20,000 nt of DNA from an uncultured virus (IMG/VR IMGVR_UViG_3300027631_000011) (Duplodnaviria; Heunggongvirae; Uroviricota; Caudoviricetes), in IMG/VR virus record IMGVR_UViG_3300027631_000011. One strand, given 5' to 3'. Position 1 is the stretch's first letter; every line of letters begins with the position of its first letter. Made by a program: the position numbers and the translations under genes. The notes under the pieces are model-generated. The model had not been told where the DNA came from. It did no database searches and saw only the letters and a list, made by a program, of their open reading frames with translations. This document shows, piece by piece, positions 8,339-16,783 of this stretch.

Positions 8339-9397
8339 TTAAAAGTCTAACTTAACTTTCACCAATACTTCATTCGAAAATGATTTTAGGATTGGTTTAG
8401 ATAACTTAGCTACTGCTAATAATTCTTGCGTACTATTGTACAAGCCAACCGTCGTAATAAATGATTTAGAATTGTTAGCAAATGTTGGTTGTCTAAACGA
8501 CCCATTCGAACCTGTTACATATGATGGGTTATTTGAGAAGTTGTACTCACCATTCTTAGCTCTTACGAAATAGAATGTTGATTGTACTTTTTCTTCATTT
8601 CTTGCTGCAAATCCATTATTTGCATTAATTACTGCTGAACCACTCATTGATGTAAATAATCTAAATGCGTTATCACCATTTGTGTTTGCTGTTTTAACAG
8701 TACCAAAATTCAATTGTGCTAAATCTAACTTATCTGCATTTAGTATAATAACACCCTGCTCAGGATATACAGAACCATATTCAATAGCTGAATTGAAAAC
8801 TCCGTTTAGGATTGAACCTGAAACTAAACTATATACTCTACCAATTTGTGTTGCTGCTTGTTGAGTATCTCCACTATTATCAATTAATGAGATTACTAAG
8901 TTATCCCCATGTATTGCTGGAGTTGCTGCTCCAGTAAGTTTAGCTAAATGAAGTTCAAAGTTACCAGGGTCTAATCTATCTTTCAATCTAGCTCTGTTGA
9001 GGTTGATTGCGTAAATCTGCTGAGTTGTTGTATTGTTAAACTTAAATACTCTCTGATTATCTGGAAGTAGGATTTGTGCGTATTGAGAATAGATAGCATT
9101 AGATGGAGAATCTTCATTCTGCCCTAATGACCCACTACCATCATTATGTCCGTATGTTACTGAAAATTGTGATTCTGCTGTTGCATCAGTAGATATCTTA
9201 TTAAAAATTTCATAATAGTATTGTTTCTGTAAATCTGATTGTGCTGATGATGTATGAAATGTAGTTAACGTACCTACGTTACCACTCCATAATCCTCTAG
9301 TCACTTTTTCTACACCACCTTCTACTACATCACCTACTTTTAATGCTGTGTAAACTCTTTTTGATGTATTAAACGAACCTGCTGGTAAAATTGCCAT
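8339..9397 (-). CDS. Putative baseplate/tail structural protein, 352 aa, paralog of 6263..8308
   Basis: Full ORF with AGGGA before the ATG. The C-terminus EYNFSNNPS...ITTVGLYNSTQELLAVAKLSKPI..VKVKLDF resembles the C-terminal strands of tail-collar fibre (DUF3751-like) domains. Lies in the baseplate cluster. Confidence 0.7.
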   Translation of the reverse strand: MAILPAGSFNTSKRVYTALKVGDVVEGGVEKVTRGLWSGNVGTLTTFHTSSAQSDLQKQYYYEIFNKISTDATAESQFSVTYGHNDGSGSLGQNEDSPSNAIYSQYAQILLPDNQRVFKFNNTTTQQIYAINLNRARLKDRLDPGNFELHLAKLTGAATPAIHGDNLVISLIDNSGDTQQAATQIGRVYSLVSGSILNGVFNSAIEYGSVYPEQGVIILNADKLDLAQLNFGTVKTANTNGDNAFRLFTSMSGSAVINANNGFAARNEEKVQSTFYFVRAKNGEYNFSNNPSYVTGSNGSFRQPTFANNSKSFITTVGLYNSTQELLAVAKLSKPILKSFSNEVLVKVKLDF

Positions 9398-9414
9398 ATC
9401 TTTTCCCTATTTCT

Positions 9415-10077
9415 TTATAATGTTGAATCCAATGTATTACCTACTGAAATATCAGGATTGTTAGTTACAGTTAAATCAATTTCTGTTCTACCACCTGTTT
9501 CATTTCCGATAACAAATATTTTTGTTGAAATATCTGTGTTATCTGCTAATACCTTAGTTGTAATTGTAAATGATTGATTTGTACTAATAGTAACACTTCT
9601 TCTATCTTCATTAGCACCAACACTATCTGAGTTGTTTGCTATTCCACTTCCATCACCTACTATACTTGCTGCATCTGAGTTAAGTAACGTAACAGTGAAC
9701 CCTAATGTATCATTACCACCATTCCTAGTAGTAAGAGTTACAGTTTGTTGTTGTCCACCTTCTTCTAAACTAATTGAGCTTGGGTTAGATTGAATGATTG
9801 GGATTCTAATTGTATTTTTAGGAAGTGTTAACAACTTATATCTTAATGAGTAGTTCTCATCAGTTACTGCCTCTACTATCGGCATGTTTTCAATTATGAT
9901 TCCATAATAGTCTGAACCTAGCGGATGCGCTGGATTCCATAGTTCGTAATCTACTTCATCATCTGCCAATGCGAATTGACTGATTACAAAGAAGTCTCTA
10001 CCTTTTGCCAATAACTCACGACCTTTCTTAGTTAGAATAGCGTCTACTGTTATTGATGAATTATCTAAATATCCCAT
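9415..10077 (-). CDS. Putative baseplate/tail structural protein, 220 aa
   Basis: N-terminus DAILTKKGRELLA...ISQFALADDEVDY resembles the start of tail-collar fibre (DUF3751-like) domains. C-terminal half has an Ig-like beta pattern (NPSSISL...TVTLTT...ETGGRTEIDLTV). AGGGT before the ATG. Confidence 0.7.
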   Translation of the reverse strand: MGYLDNSSITVDAILTKKGRELLAKGRDFFVISQFALADDEVDYELWNPAHPLGSDYYGIIIENMPIVEAVTDENYSLRYKLLTLPKNTIRIPIIQSNPSSISLEEGGQQQTVTLTTRNGGNDTLGFTVTLLNSDAASIVGDGSGIANNSDSVGANEDRRSVTISTNQSFTITTKVLADNTDISTKIFVIGNETGGRTEIDLTVTNNPDISVGNTLDSTL

Positions 10078-10108
10078 TTGTTATACCCTTTTACAATTTG
10101 TTTTCTTA

Positions 10109-10117
10109 TATAAATAT
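10109..10117 (-). promoter_or_regulatory. Putative late-promoter motif ATATTTATA
   Basis: In the largest intergenic gap, 31 nt before the ATG at 10077. An identical 9-mer lies 27 nt before the ATG at 1664. Confidence 0.45.
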
Positions 10118-10118
10118 T

Positions 10119-10145
10119 AAAAAAAAAGTTTTTACACTAACTTTT
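10119..10145 (-). terminator. Possible weak intrinsic terminator
   Basis: Minus strand AAAAGTT-agtgtaaa-AACTTTT followed by a T run, just after the 363-aa gene. The stem is almost all A-T, so it is weak. Confidence 0.22.
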
Positions 10146-10156
10146 ATAATTTTGTG

Positions 10157-11248
10157 TTATTTACCACGTTTTCTATCATCTTTATCCATCTTCACAGCGA
10201 AATCTTCTTCAGTATTTTTACCACCCATTGATTGTCTTAATACTTCTAAAATTTCCCTCTTCTGTTTATAGTTTTCAAAAGGTAATTTTTCCTCTGGTTT
10301 TATTAATATGTCTGTTTCTTTAGTTGCTGATTGAGAATCAAAATCGGATTCATCACTTTCAACTATATCTCTATGTGGAACTATTGGTCTACCTAAACGG
10401 ATTTCCATTTGCTCCATTTCCTTAATAGTTCGTTCTACCTTATTTAAACCATCTAACTCAGGATTTCTTTGCATCTTCTCCTGTTGTTCTATAATTATCT
10501 CTTCTTCTAAAAAAGTTGAAACGTTTTTTTCTGTTTTCGTATTCGTAACCATTTTAACTTCTTTTTGCTTTCGTAACTTTTCTTCTTCAAGACGCTTAAT
10601 CATTTTATCTTTTAGAGCTTTCTTCTGTTGTAATATTAATTCAGCATTACGAACAGATTCTGCTTTAATCTTATCAATATCCTTATCTCTTATAGATTTT
10701 TCTCCTACAATGTCTGGGTACTTCTTTTTAAGATATATATCAAAATCAATTTTCATTTGCTTCAATTCTTCTCTGAACATCTCTCTTCTTTTAATCTCAT
10801 CTTGAAAAGCTTCTTGTATCTTTAAGAATCGTTCATCTTCAATCTTTCTACGTTCAACTTCTTCTATATATATCCTACGCTTATCTTCTTCGTTATAATC
10901 TTTAACATCTAATATTGGGTCTGATAGGATTTCTTCTGTTTTTGGATTTAGTATATCATGTATAATTGAATCTACATTACCATCCAATGTAGGTAATGGT
11001 TTTACTAATTTAATTAAATCTTTTTCTTTTACCTTATCATCTTTAGTGATTACTATATTATCCTTTAAAGGTTTTCCTGTTTTTATTAAAACTTCAGGTT
11101 CTTTTATTACCTTAGATATTTTAGTAGATTCATCAACGTTTCTTTTAGGGTCTTTAATTAATGGTCTAGATATACGCTCGTTCATTCGTTCATCGATTAG
11201 TTTATTTAATCGATTACCACTATCTCTTATACTTCTTCTATTTGCCAT
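10157..11248 (-). CDS. Hypothetical highly charged, helical/coiled-coil protein, 363 aa
   Basis: Long ORF with strong Shine-Dalgarno (TAGGAGAtaagatATG). Rich in K/E/D/R/I, with no Cys or Trp. No family motif recognised. Confidence 0.75.
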   Translation of the reverse strand: MANRRSIRDSGNRLNKLIDERMNERISRPLIKDPKRNVDESTKISKVIKEPEVLIKTGKPLKDNIVITKDDKVKEKDLIKLVKPLPTLDGNVDSIIHDILNPKTEEILSDPILDVKDYNEEDKRRIYIEEVERRKIEDERFLKIQEAFQDEIKRREMFREELKQMKIDFDIYLKKKYPDIVGEKSIRDKDIDKIKAESVRNAELILQQKKALKDKMIKRLEEEKLRKQKEVKMVTNTKTEKNVSTFLEEEIIIEQQEKMQRNPELDGLNKVERTIKEMEQMEIRLGRPIVPHRDIVESDESDFDSQSATKETDILIKPEEKLPFENYKQKREILEVLRQSMGGKNTEEDFAVKMDKDDRKRGK

Positions 11249-11261
11249 ATCTTATCTCCTA

Positions 11262-14200
11262 TTAAAAAGGTGAACCATTTTTTATATCAAATTCTTTTCT
11301 TCTGAACATTTCTGAATCACGAAGTTTTAATTCTTTTTTATATCTCACATCAAACTCATCTGCTCTTGCATCTTCAATAGAAATCATTTTCTCTATCTTT
11401 CTTCTGAACTCTCTAAGTTCTCTTCGATATTCTTGCAATCGTTTCCAATATAAATCATCGCTAATTACTAAATCTTTTATATCTAATGTACCTAATCCAG
11501 TTGCAGTATCTACATCTAAATTTCCTTCAGCCGCAGTTTGGGTTGTTTTTATTAGTACGTTAGGGTCTGCTTGGAATATTTCAATAACAGGTTTTCCATC
11601 TGGAGTATCAGGTGAATTTGTTGTTAATGAATCAGATTTTGCTTTACATCCTAAAAATCTAAGATTCTCTACTGCTAATGGTAATTCATCAGTTCCTACT
11701 TGTGCTGGATGTAATGATGATGAATTTGGTAAATTCAGAGATGCTGATATTGCTGATGAAAAGAATGTTTTAGTTATTCTTGCATATCTAGATGGTTTAC
11801 TATTTACCACAGTCGTTGCTAATGGGTTGTAGTTCCAACTACCATTAGAACCAGTATTCCAATTTAAACCATACCCAACATCTGCCCCTGCTTTATAAAC
11901 AGGTATTACATATTTGTATGTTGATGGTGCATACATATCTCTAAGTTGTGGATTTCCAACATCTTCTACATCATCTTTTTGAGATGTTATGATAAGCATA
12001 TCTCTTAGATTTATAGTATCCTCATATCTAGTGTATTCAGCTGATACGATATCTTTTGATTTTGATATTTCTGTTTCATATCCAAGCTTTTCTGCTGAGA
12101 AAGAATATGAGTTTGTAATCTCAGTTTCGTAATCATGTTTAGATGCTGATACAGGTCTATCCAATGCTGCTATAGTCACATCATACATAGGTCTAGTCTG
12201 AGTTACCTTTGTTAATGATTTAATTTTAGGTCTTTCTAAAATATGTGGTTCTATTAATATACCTGAGTTGTAATCAACCCTAGCTGGCATTGTTTGTCTA
12301 ATTTGTTCAAACACCGACATATCGTATTTAGCTAATATATCGATTGTATTATTGATTAAGTTTTTGTTTGAGTATTTTTTAAATACCTGTCTACGAACAT
12401 AATCTAATTCTTCATTTTGTTCGGTGTATCCAGCTCTGTTATCTGGATTACCTATATAATCATCTATATCAAAGTAACCTGTGTGATTTATAATATCATC
12501 ATTATACATTCTAGTAGCTGATAGATAAACACCCACCACATTCGAATCAACTGGTGCTGAATCGTATTGGGATTTTTCTTTTCGTTGTTCAGGGTCTAAT
12601 ATTCCTGTAAGTGGGTTTTTCTCAATTCTAACTTTATTGTTTAAAATATTGTTTGCTCCAGCAGATGGTACTTTTGTATAGTACTCTTCGGTTACACCAA
12701 TCAAATCATCATTTTCAAAATTAAACAAAGATGCCGTTAATGGGTATCCTAATTGAGTGGTTGATACTTTCTGATTTGGATGTTGTGATAAATGAGAATC
12801 TCCTGCATTATTAATTGTTTTTAAATTAGAATCTGGTAAAAATCTAAATTTCAAATCAAAGTATGATGAAGTAGGGGAATTACCATGATATGTTTCTCTT
12901 GATAATGTATGTTCATCAATAACAATATCTTTAAGTGTATTTGCCCAATATCTTATTTCTTGAATCGAACCACTCATCGTATTTGTATCTGCCCACAATG
13001 ATGGAGCTCCACTTATTGTTCCAAATGCATTACCAAATTCTACATCACCACTACCAGTCCAAGCTGCGTTATATGATGATTCTGTAGAACCTTCAATTGA
13101 TATACTAGCTGAACGGCTTACTGTGATTCTATCTTTCTTATTTCTTCTATATTGGAGCTTGTATCCATTGTTTGAAGTGATATCATTTACTGATTTATCC
13201 CGTTCGATTACTAAAGTACTCATTTTAGAATCAAAAACAGGTACATTCATTATTGATGCTGATTTGTATCCATTACTTCCACTTAGATAAAAATGTATAT
13301 TACCAGTGATACTATCAAAATCGTTAGGATTAACAGATTCAAATAATACTGCGAAATCATTATCTTTACGAATTACAGCAGTATCTCTGTTTAGATTTTG
13401 TGCTACTTGTAGTTCAATAACATCAAGTGGGTTCGGAGTTTTAATTTCATATGTTACTGGGTCTATATCCGTAACCTTATCCCATGGAACTTTAATGTAA
13501 TTATTATTATCCATTCGTAAATGGTAAACAAATCTATCATGTTCCCAATATGGTCTTACATCAGTTTCTATTACGGGCCCACCATATTCTCTGATTGATA
13601 GGAATGTTTGTGGAATACCATATGTAGCAATTAATGCTTTTACAGCTCTTGCTGAACCTTTTGTTTTTAGAAGGTATGGAATATTGTTTACAATTCTTCT
13701 CCATACTTCATTATTAATTTGTTCGTGTGATTTAGATGGAAGTGAACCACTATTAGGCACATTACCAAATTTATCAGTTCCCAATCCAAACTCCCAAAGA
13801 TTAGATGTATCTTTACCATGTGTTAATTTCCAACCCATAGATTTTGCTACATCATAAAGAAGGGCGTTTGGCATACCATCATAAGGATGTTCTTCTCTTT
13901 CGTTAACAGATGTTAATGCGTTTATATAAGACCAAGTTATATCGAAGTGATGTCCAATCATATCTACAAATAGAACGTATTCTTTGTTTAACGGGTCCTC
14001 AACAATTGAGGCAGGAACTACTTTTGTTAATCTAGCATCATTCATTGCGTCATGAATACTAGCAGAATCAATTAACCCATTATAAGCTTTTATAGCTTGA
14101 GATGAAGTTACACTATATAATTTATTTGGATATTGGCTTGATTTTGGCCAAGGTTCTATAGCATAGTTGGATGAACTATAATGAGTATAAAGTGAACCAG

Positions 14201-15716
14201 TAACCTCTTCGTACATCCATCGTTCCCAACCATCAAACCCACTTATAACTTTATCTTTACGTTTTGTAGTTGTGGTTATATTAGTTTTAGCTTCAGAACC
14301 ACTAACTGATGATAGTGTTCCGATTCTCTTATCATACGATTCGATTAGTTCTAATTTATACTTTAAGTTATTAACTCGTTCTACAGCAGATGAGTACTTA
14401 ACAAAACTTTTAAAATGAGTGTAATCTAAATTTAAAGGTACTGTTCCAAATGAACCACTAATGTACTTATCAATAATTTGTTGTGATGTTGATAGGTTTG
14501 TATCTAATAAATCATTCCAACTCTTTAAATCAGTACCTTGTGATTTTCCATATGTCCCTAAATCTAATTTAAAGTTAGGAGATGAAAAGTTTGCCTGCTC
14601 ATCGGGTACATCTAAATTATATAGTAAAACTCTCTCTATATACGAAGGTCTTTCTACACGCTGAATTATACAATCCTTTGGTGCAAATCCATCTGGAAGT
14701 GGTTGGTATAATTTTACTATTACAGTTTTAACTTCGGATGCCTCGAATCTTGTATCGTAGTATCTAACTGTAGAGTGGTTTGGTCCCAAATAGGATAATC
14801 TTCTACCAACGCTCGTATTAGGTGTTCGGTGGTAGATTTCAGAATTAGCTGGGATGTTGTATATTCTATCTTCAGGAATATTGTTTGCGTTTGCATAAAC
14901 TGCATCAAAGTAAAAGATATTATTTCCACTTACATCTTTTTGAATCTCCCATTGAATATTTCCAGTTTCATCAACACCAACTACACACTTAGCACTTCTA
15001 CCAGTTGCTCTATATACAGGATATCCAAAACTATTTGGCTTTCTTTGTTGGTAAAACTCAATCCAAAAGTTATTATCCGCGCCCTCTTCCGATGGTACGA
15101 ATATTGTAGCTGCGTCATCTGCTCCATAAGTAAGAGATGGGTGAGGTATATCTTCTTCCTTAACTCCTATTCTTGGATTGTTAGCAAAACTTATATCTGT
15201 TACTGTTACTATATTGTTTTCCCCAAAATTCAAACAAAGATTTTGTTTGATTGCATTATCAGCTGTAAGTCCTTTTAGAGATAATAATGTTAAGTTAGGA
15301 TTTTTAACTTCTAACTCTATCTCAGTTGCATCTGAATTTATAGTTTTTACTCTTAAATCAGGTGAAAGGCTTCTTACAAAATTATAAACAATACTATAGT
15401 AACCTGAATCTAAGTTTGTATTTCTTATTTCATGTTCAGGTCTAACTAAAATATTTATATCAACGGGCTCATCACCATTGTTCATTTCAAACTGAACCAT
15501 ATCAGCTTCTGAACCATATCCAGACGAATGAACTAATTTATTAGCTGAGTATATGTGGTATTCTTTTTTAGAATATGTTGATAAATCTGATGGTTGGATG
15601 TTTATTGGAGTCCCACCTAAGTTTGCTAAGTCTTGTAATGAGTATAATGAGACACTATCAACAGGAATCTTTGAGGAAACTAATATATCTTTATTTTGAA
15701 ATCTATCTATTGCCAT
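11262..15716 (-). CDS. Large baseplate wedge protein (T4 gp7 / P2 gpI-like core), 1484 aa
   Basis: LFVDMIGHHFD...LLYDVAKSMGW...WRRIVNNIPYLLKTKGSARAVKALIATYGIP...IREYGG fits the helical 'KG(T/S)' block of gpI/gp7-type wedge proteins. A degenerate LamG-like region follows (SGSIQEIRYW). Lies near the gp6-like gene. Confidence 0.72.
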   Translation of the reverse strand: MAIDRFQNKDILVSSKIPVDSVSLYSLQDLANLGGTPINIQPSDLSTYSKKEYHIYSANKLVHSSGYGSEADMVQFEMNNGDEPVDINILVRPEHEIRNTNLDSGYYSIVYNFVRSLSPDLRVKTINSDATEIELEVKNPNLTLLSLKGLTADNAIKQNLCLNFGENNIVTVTDISFANNPRIGVKEEDIPHPSLTYGADDAATIFVPSEEGADNNFWIEFYQQRKPNSFGYPVYRATGRSAKCVVGVDETGNIQWEIQKDVSGNNIFYFDAVYANANNIPEDRIYNIPANSEIYHRTPNTSVGRRLSYLGPNHSTVRYYDTRFEASEVKTVIVKLYQPLPDGFAPKDCIIQRVERPSYIERVLLYNLDVPDEQANFSSPNFKLDLGTYGKSQGTDLKSWNDLLDTNLSTSQQIIDKYISGSFGTVPLNLDYTHFKSFVKYSSAVERVNNLKYKLELIESYDKRIGTLSSVSGSEAKTNITTTTKRKDKVISGFDGWERWMYEEVTGSLYTHYSSSNYAIEPWPKSSQYPNKLYSVTSSQAIKAYNGLIDSASIHDAMNDARLTKVVPASIVEDPLNKEYVLFVDMIGHHFDITWSYINALTSVNEREEHPYDGMPNALLYDVAKSMGWKLTHGKDTSNLWEFGLGTDKFGNVPNSGSLPSKSHEQINNEVWRRIVNNIPYLLKTKGSARAVKALIATYGIPQTFLSIREYGGPVIETDVRPYWEHDRFVYHLRMDNNNYIKVPWDKVTDIDPVTYEIKTPNPLDVIELQVAQNLNRDTAVIRKDNDFAVLFESVNPNDFDSITGNIHFYLSGSNGYKSASIMNVPVFDSKMSTLVIERDKSVNDITSNNGYKLQYRRNKKDRITVSRSASISIEGSTESSYNAAWTGSGDVEFGNAFGTISGAPSLWADTNTMSGSIQEIRYWANTLKDIVIDEHTLSRETYHGNSPTSSYFDLKFRFLPDSNLKTINNAGDSHLSQHPNQKVSTTQLGYPLTASLFNFENDDLIGVTEEYYTKVPSAGANNILNNKVRIEKNPLTGILDPEQRKEKSQYDSAPVDSNVVGVYLSATRMYNDDIINHTGYFDIDDYIGNPDNRAGYTEQNEELDYVRRQVFKKYSNKNLINNTIDILAKYDMSVFEQIRQTMPARVDYNSGILIEPHILERPKIKSLTKVTQTRPMYDVTIAALDRPVSASKHDYETEITNSYSFSAEKLGYETEISKSKDIVSAEYTRYEDTINLRDMLIITSQKDDVEDVGNPQLRDMYAPSTYKYVIPVYKAGADVGYGLNWNTGSNGSWNYNPLATTVVNSKPSRYARITKTFFSSAISASLNLPNSSSLHPAQVGTDELPLAVENLRFLGCKAKSDSLTTNSPDTPDGKPVIEIFQADPNVLIKTTQTAAEGNLDVDTATGLGTLDIKDLVISDDLYWKRLQEYRRELREFRRKIEKMISIEDARADEFDVRYKKELKLRDSEMFRRKEFDIKNGSPF
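12006..12206 (-). repeat. Four degenerate 17-18 aa tandem repeats within the 1484-aa gene
   Basis: VTQTRPMYDVTIAALDRP / VSASKHDYETEITNSYS / FSAEKLGYETEISKSKDI / VSAEYTRYEDTINL. Confidence 0.65.
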
Positions 15717-15721
15717 ATCAA

Positions 15722-16783
15722 TTATCCATTGCTTCTTGTTGAAGTTTCTGTAGCTTCATCACTAACTATATTTTGGTTAGTATTAGTTTCGTTTGGTGGT
15801 GTTGGCCATGATATTGTTGGCTCTTCAGGTAGTTGTGCTGTTACTTCGAATAAACATTTATCTCCCATAATAAAAGTACCATCATCTCTTGTACCAAAGT
15901 TTGTTGTTATTTGATATAACGCATTTTCTACTAACTGGTTATTAGGTATATCATATACCAGTTGATGTAATGGGTAATGTGGTGCGTCTGAACCAAGGTG
16001 TGTTTGTCCCTTTGTTACTATACGACCTTTTGATGTATCCCTTCTTCTCATAATAGCTGCATATGCACCTACATTAGAACTACCAGCTTTTACTTGAAAA
16101 CCAACTACGGCTCTAATATTAAGGTTTCTTCCTGACTCTATCAATTCCTTAGTAACTCTATATCCATATTGTTGTAGTGGAGGCCCATATACTGTATTAT
16201 CCCATGCGATTTCTTTATGACCTGGAAAAGTAATATAACCATCTGTTGCGTTTACAGTATCCTCATTACTCCAACTTATACCACCAAAGTGAGTATTGGG
16301 TCCGTATCTATTATCATTCCCTTTAATTTCTTGCCCACCTTCTTTCTTACCAGCTGGTAAAGTACCGCCAGCGTTACCTCTGAATGAAGGTGCTGCTGGT
16401 GATAATTCATATCTACCACTAAATTCATCTTTTGGTTCAACCAACTCATCACCCCGTATAGGTTGTAATGTACTACCAACTTGGTAATACATTTTTGATT
16501 CTTTTACAAAATTTTGCCTTATCACCTCATTTGTGAAATCCGGTAATGGTGTAATTAGCTCATTTGATAGCTGTGGGATAGTACGATTGTATACTTGTGA
16601 TTCAAACACAGTAGTTGTACCTGGTATTCTTTTATACCCATATTCTTTATCTGAATCCTCTGGTAACGTATAAGATACAATTTGCTTTGAACTATTTCTT
16701 CGTATGTTACGATAGTTTTCAGACTCATTTTGTACTGTTATATTTATACCAGTATTTTGTTGAGGTGTTGTTGTTGCTGCCAT
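15722..16783 (-). CDS. Hypothetical protein, probably virion-associated, 353 aa
   Basis: Translationally coupled to the upstream gene (TAATG at 16781-16785). Beta-rich C-terminal half and low-complexity T/N/Q/P termini. No family recognised. Confidence 0.7.
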   Translation of the reverse strand: MAATTTPQQNTGINITVQNESENYRNIRRNSSKQIVSYTLPEDSDKEYGYKRIPGTTTVFESQVYNRTIPQLSNELITPLPDFTNEVIRQNFVKESKMYYQVGSTLQPIRGDELVEPKDEFSGRYELSPAAPSFRGNAGGTLPAGKKEGGQEIKGNDNRYGPNTHFGGISWSNEDTVNATDGYITFPGHKEIAWDNTVYGPPLQQYGYRVTKELIESGRNLNIRAVVGFQVKAGSSNVGAYAAIMRRRDTSKGRIVTKGQTHLGSDAPHYPLHQLVYDIPNNQLVENALYQITTNFGTRDDGTFIMGDKCLFEVTAQLPEEPTISWPTPPNETNTNQNIVSDEATETSTRSNG

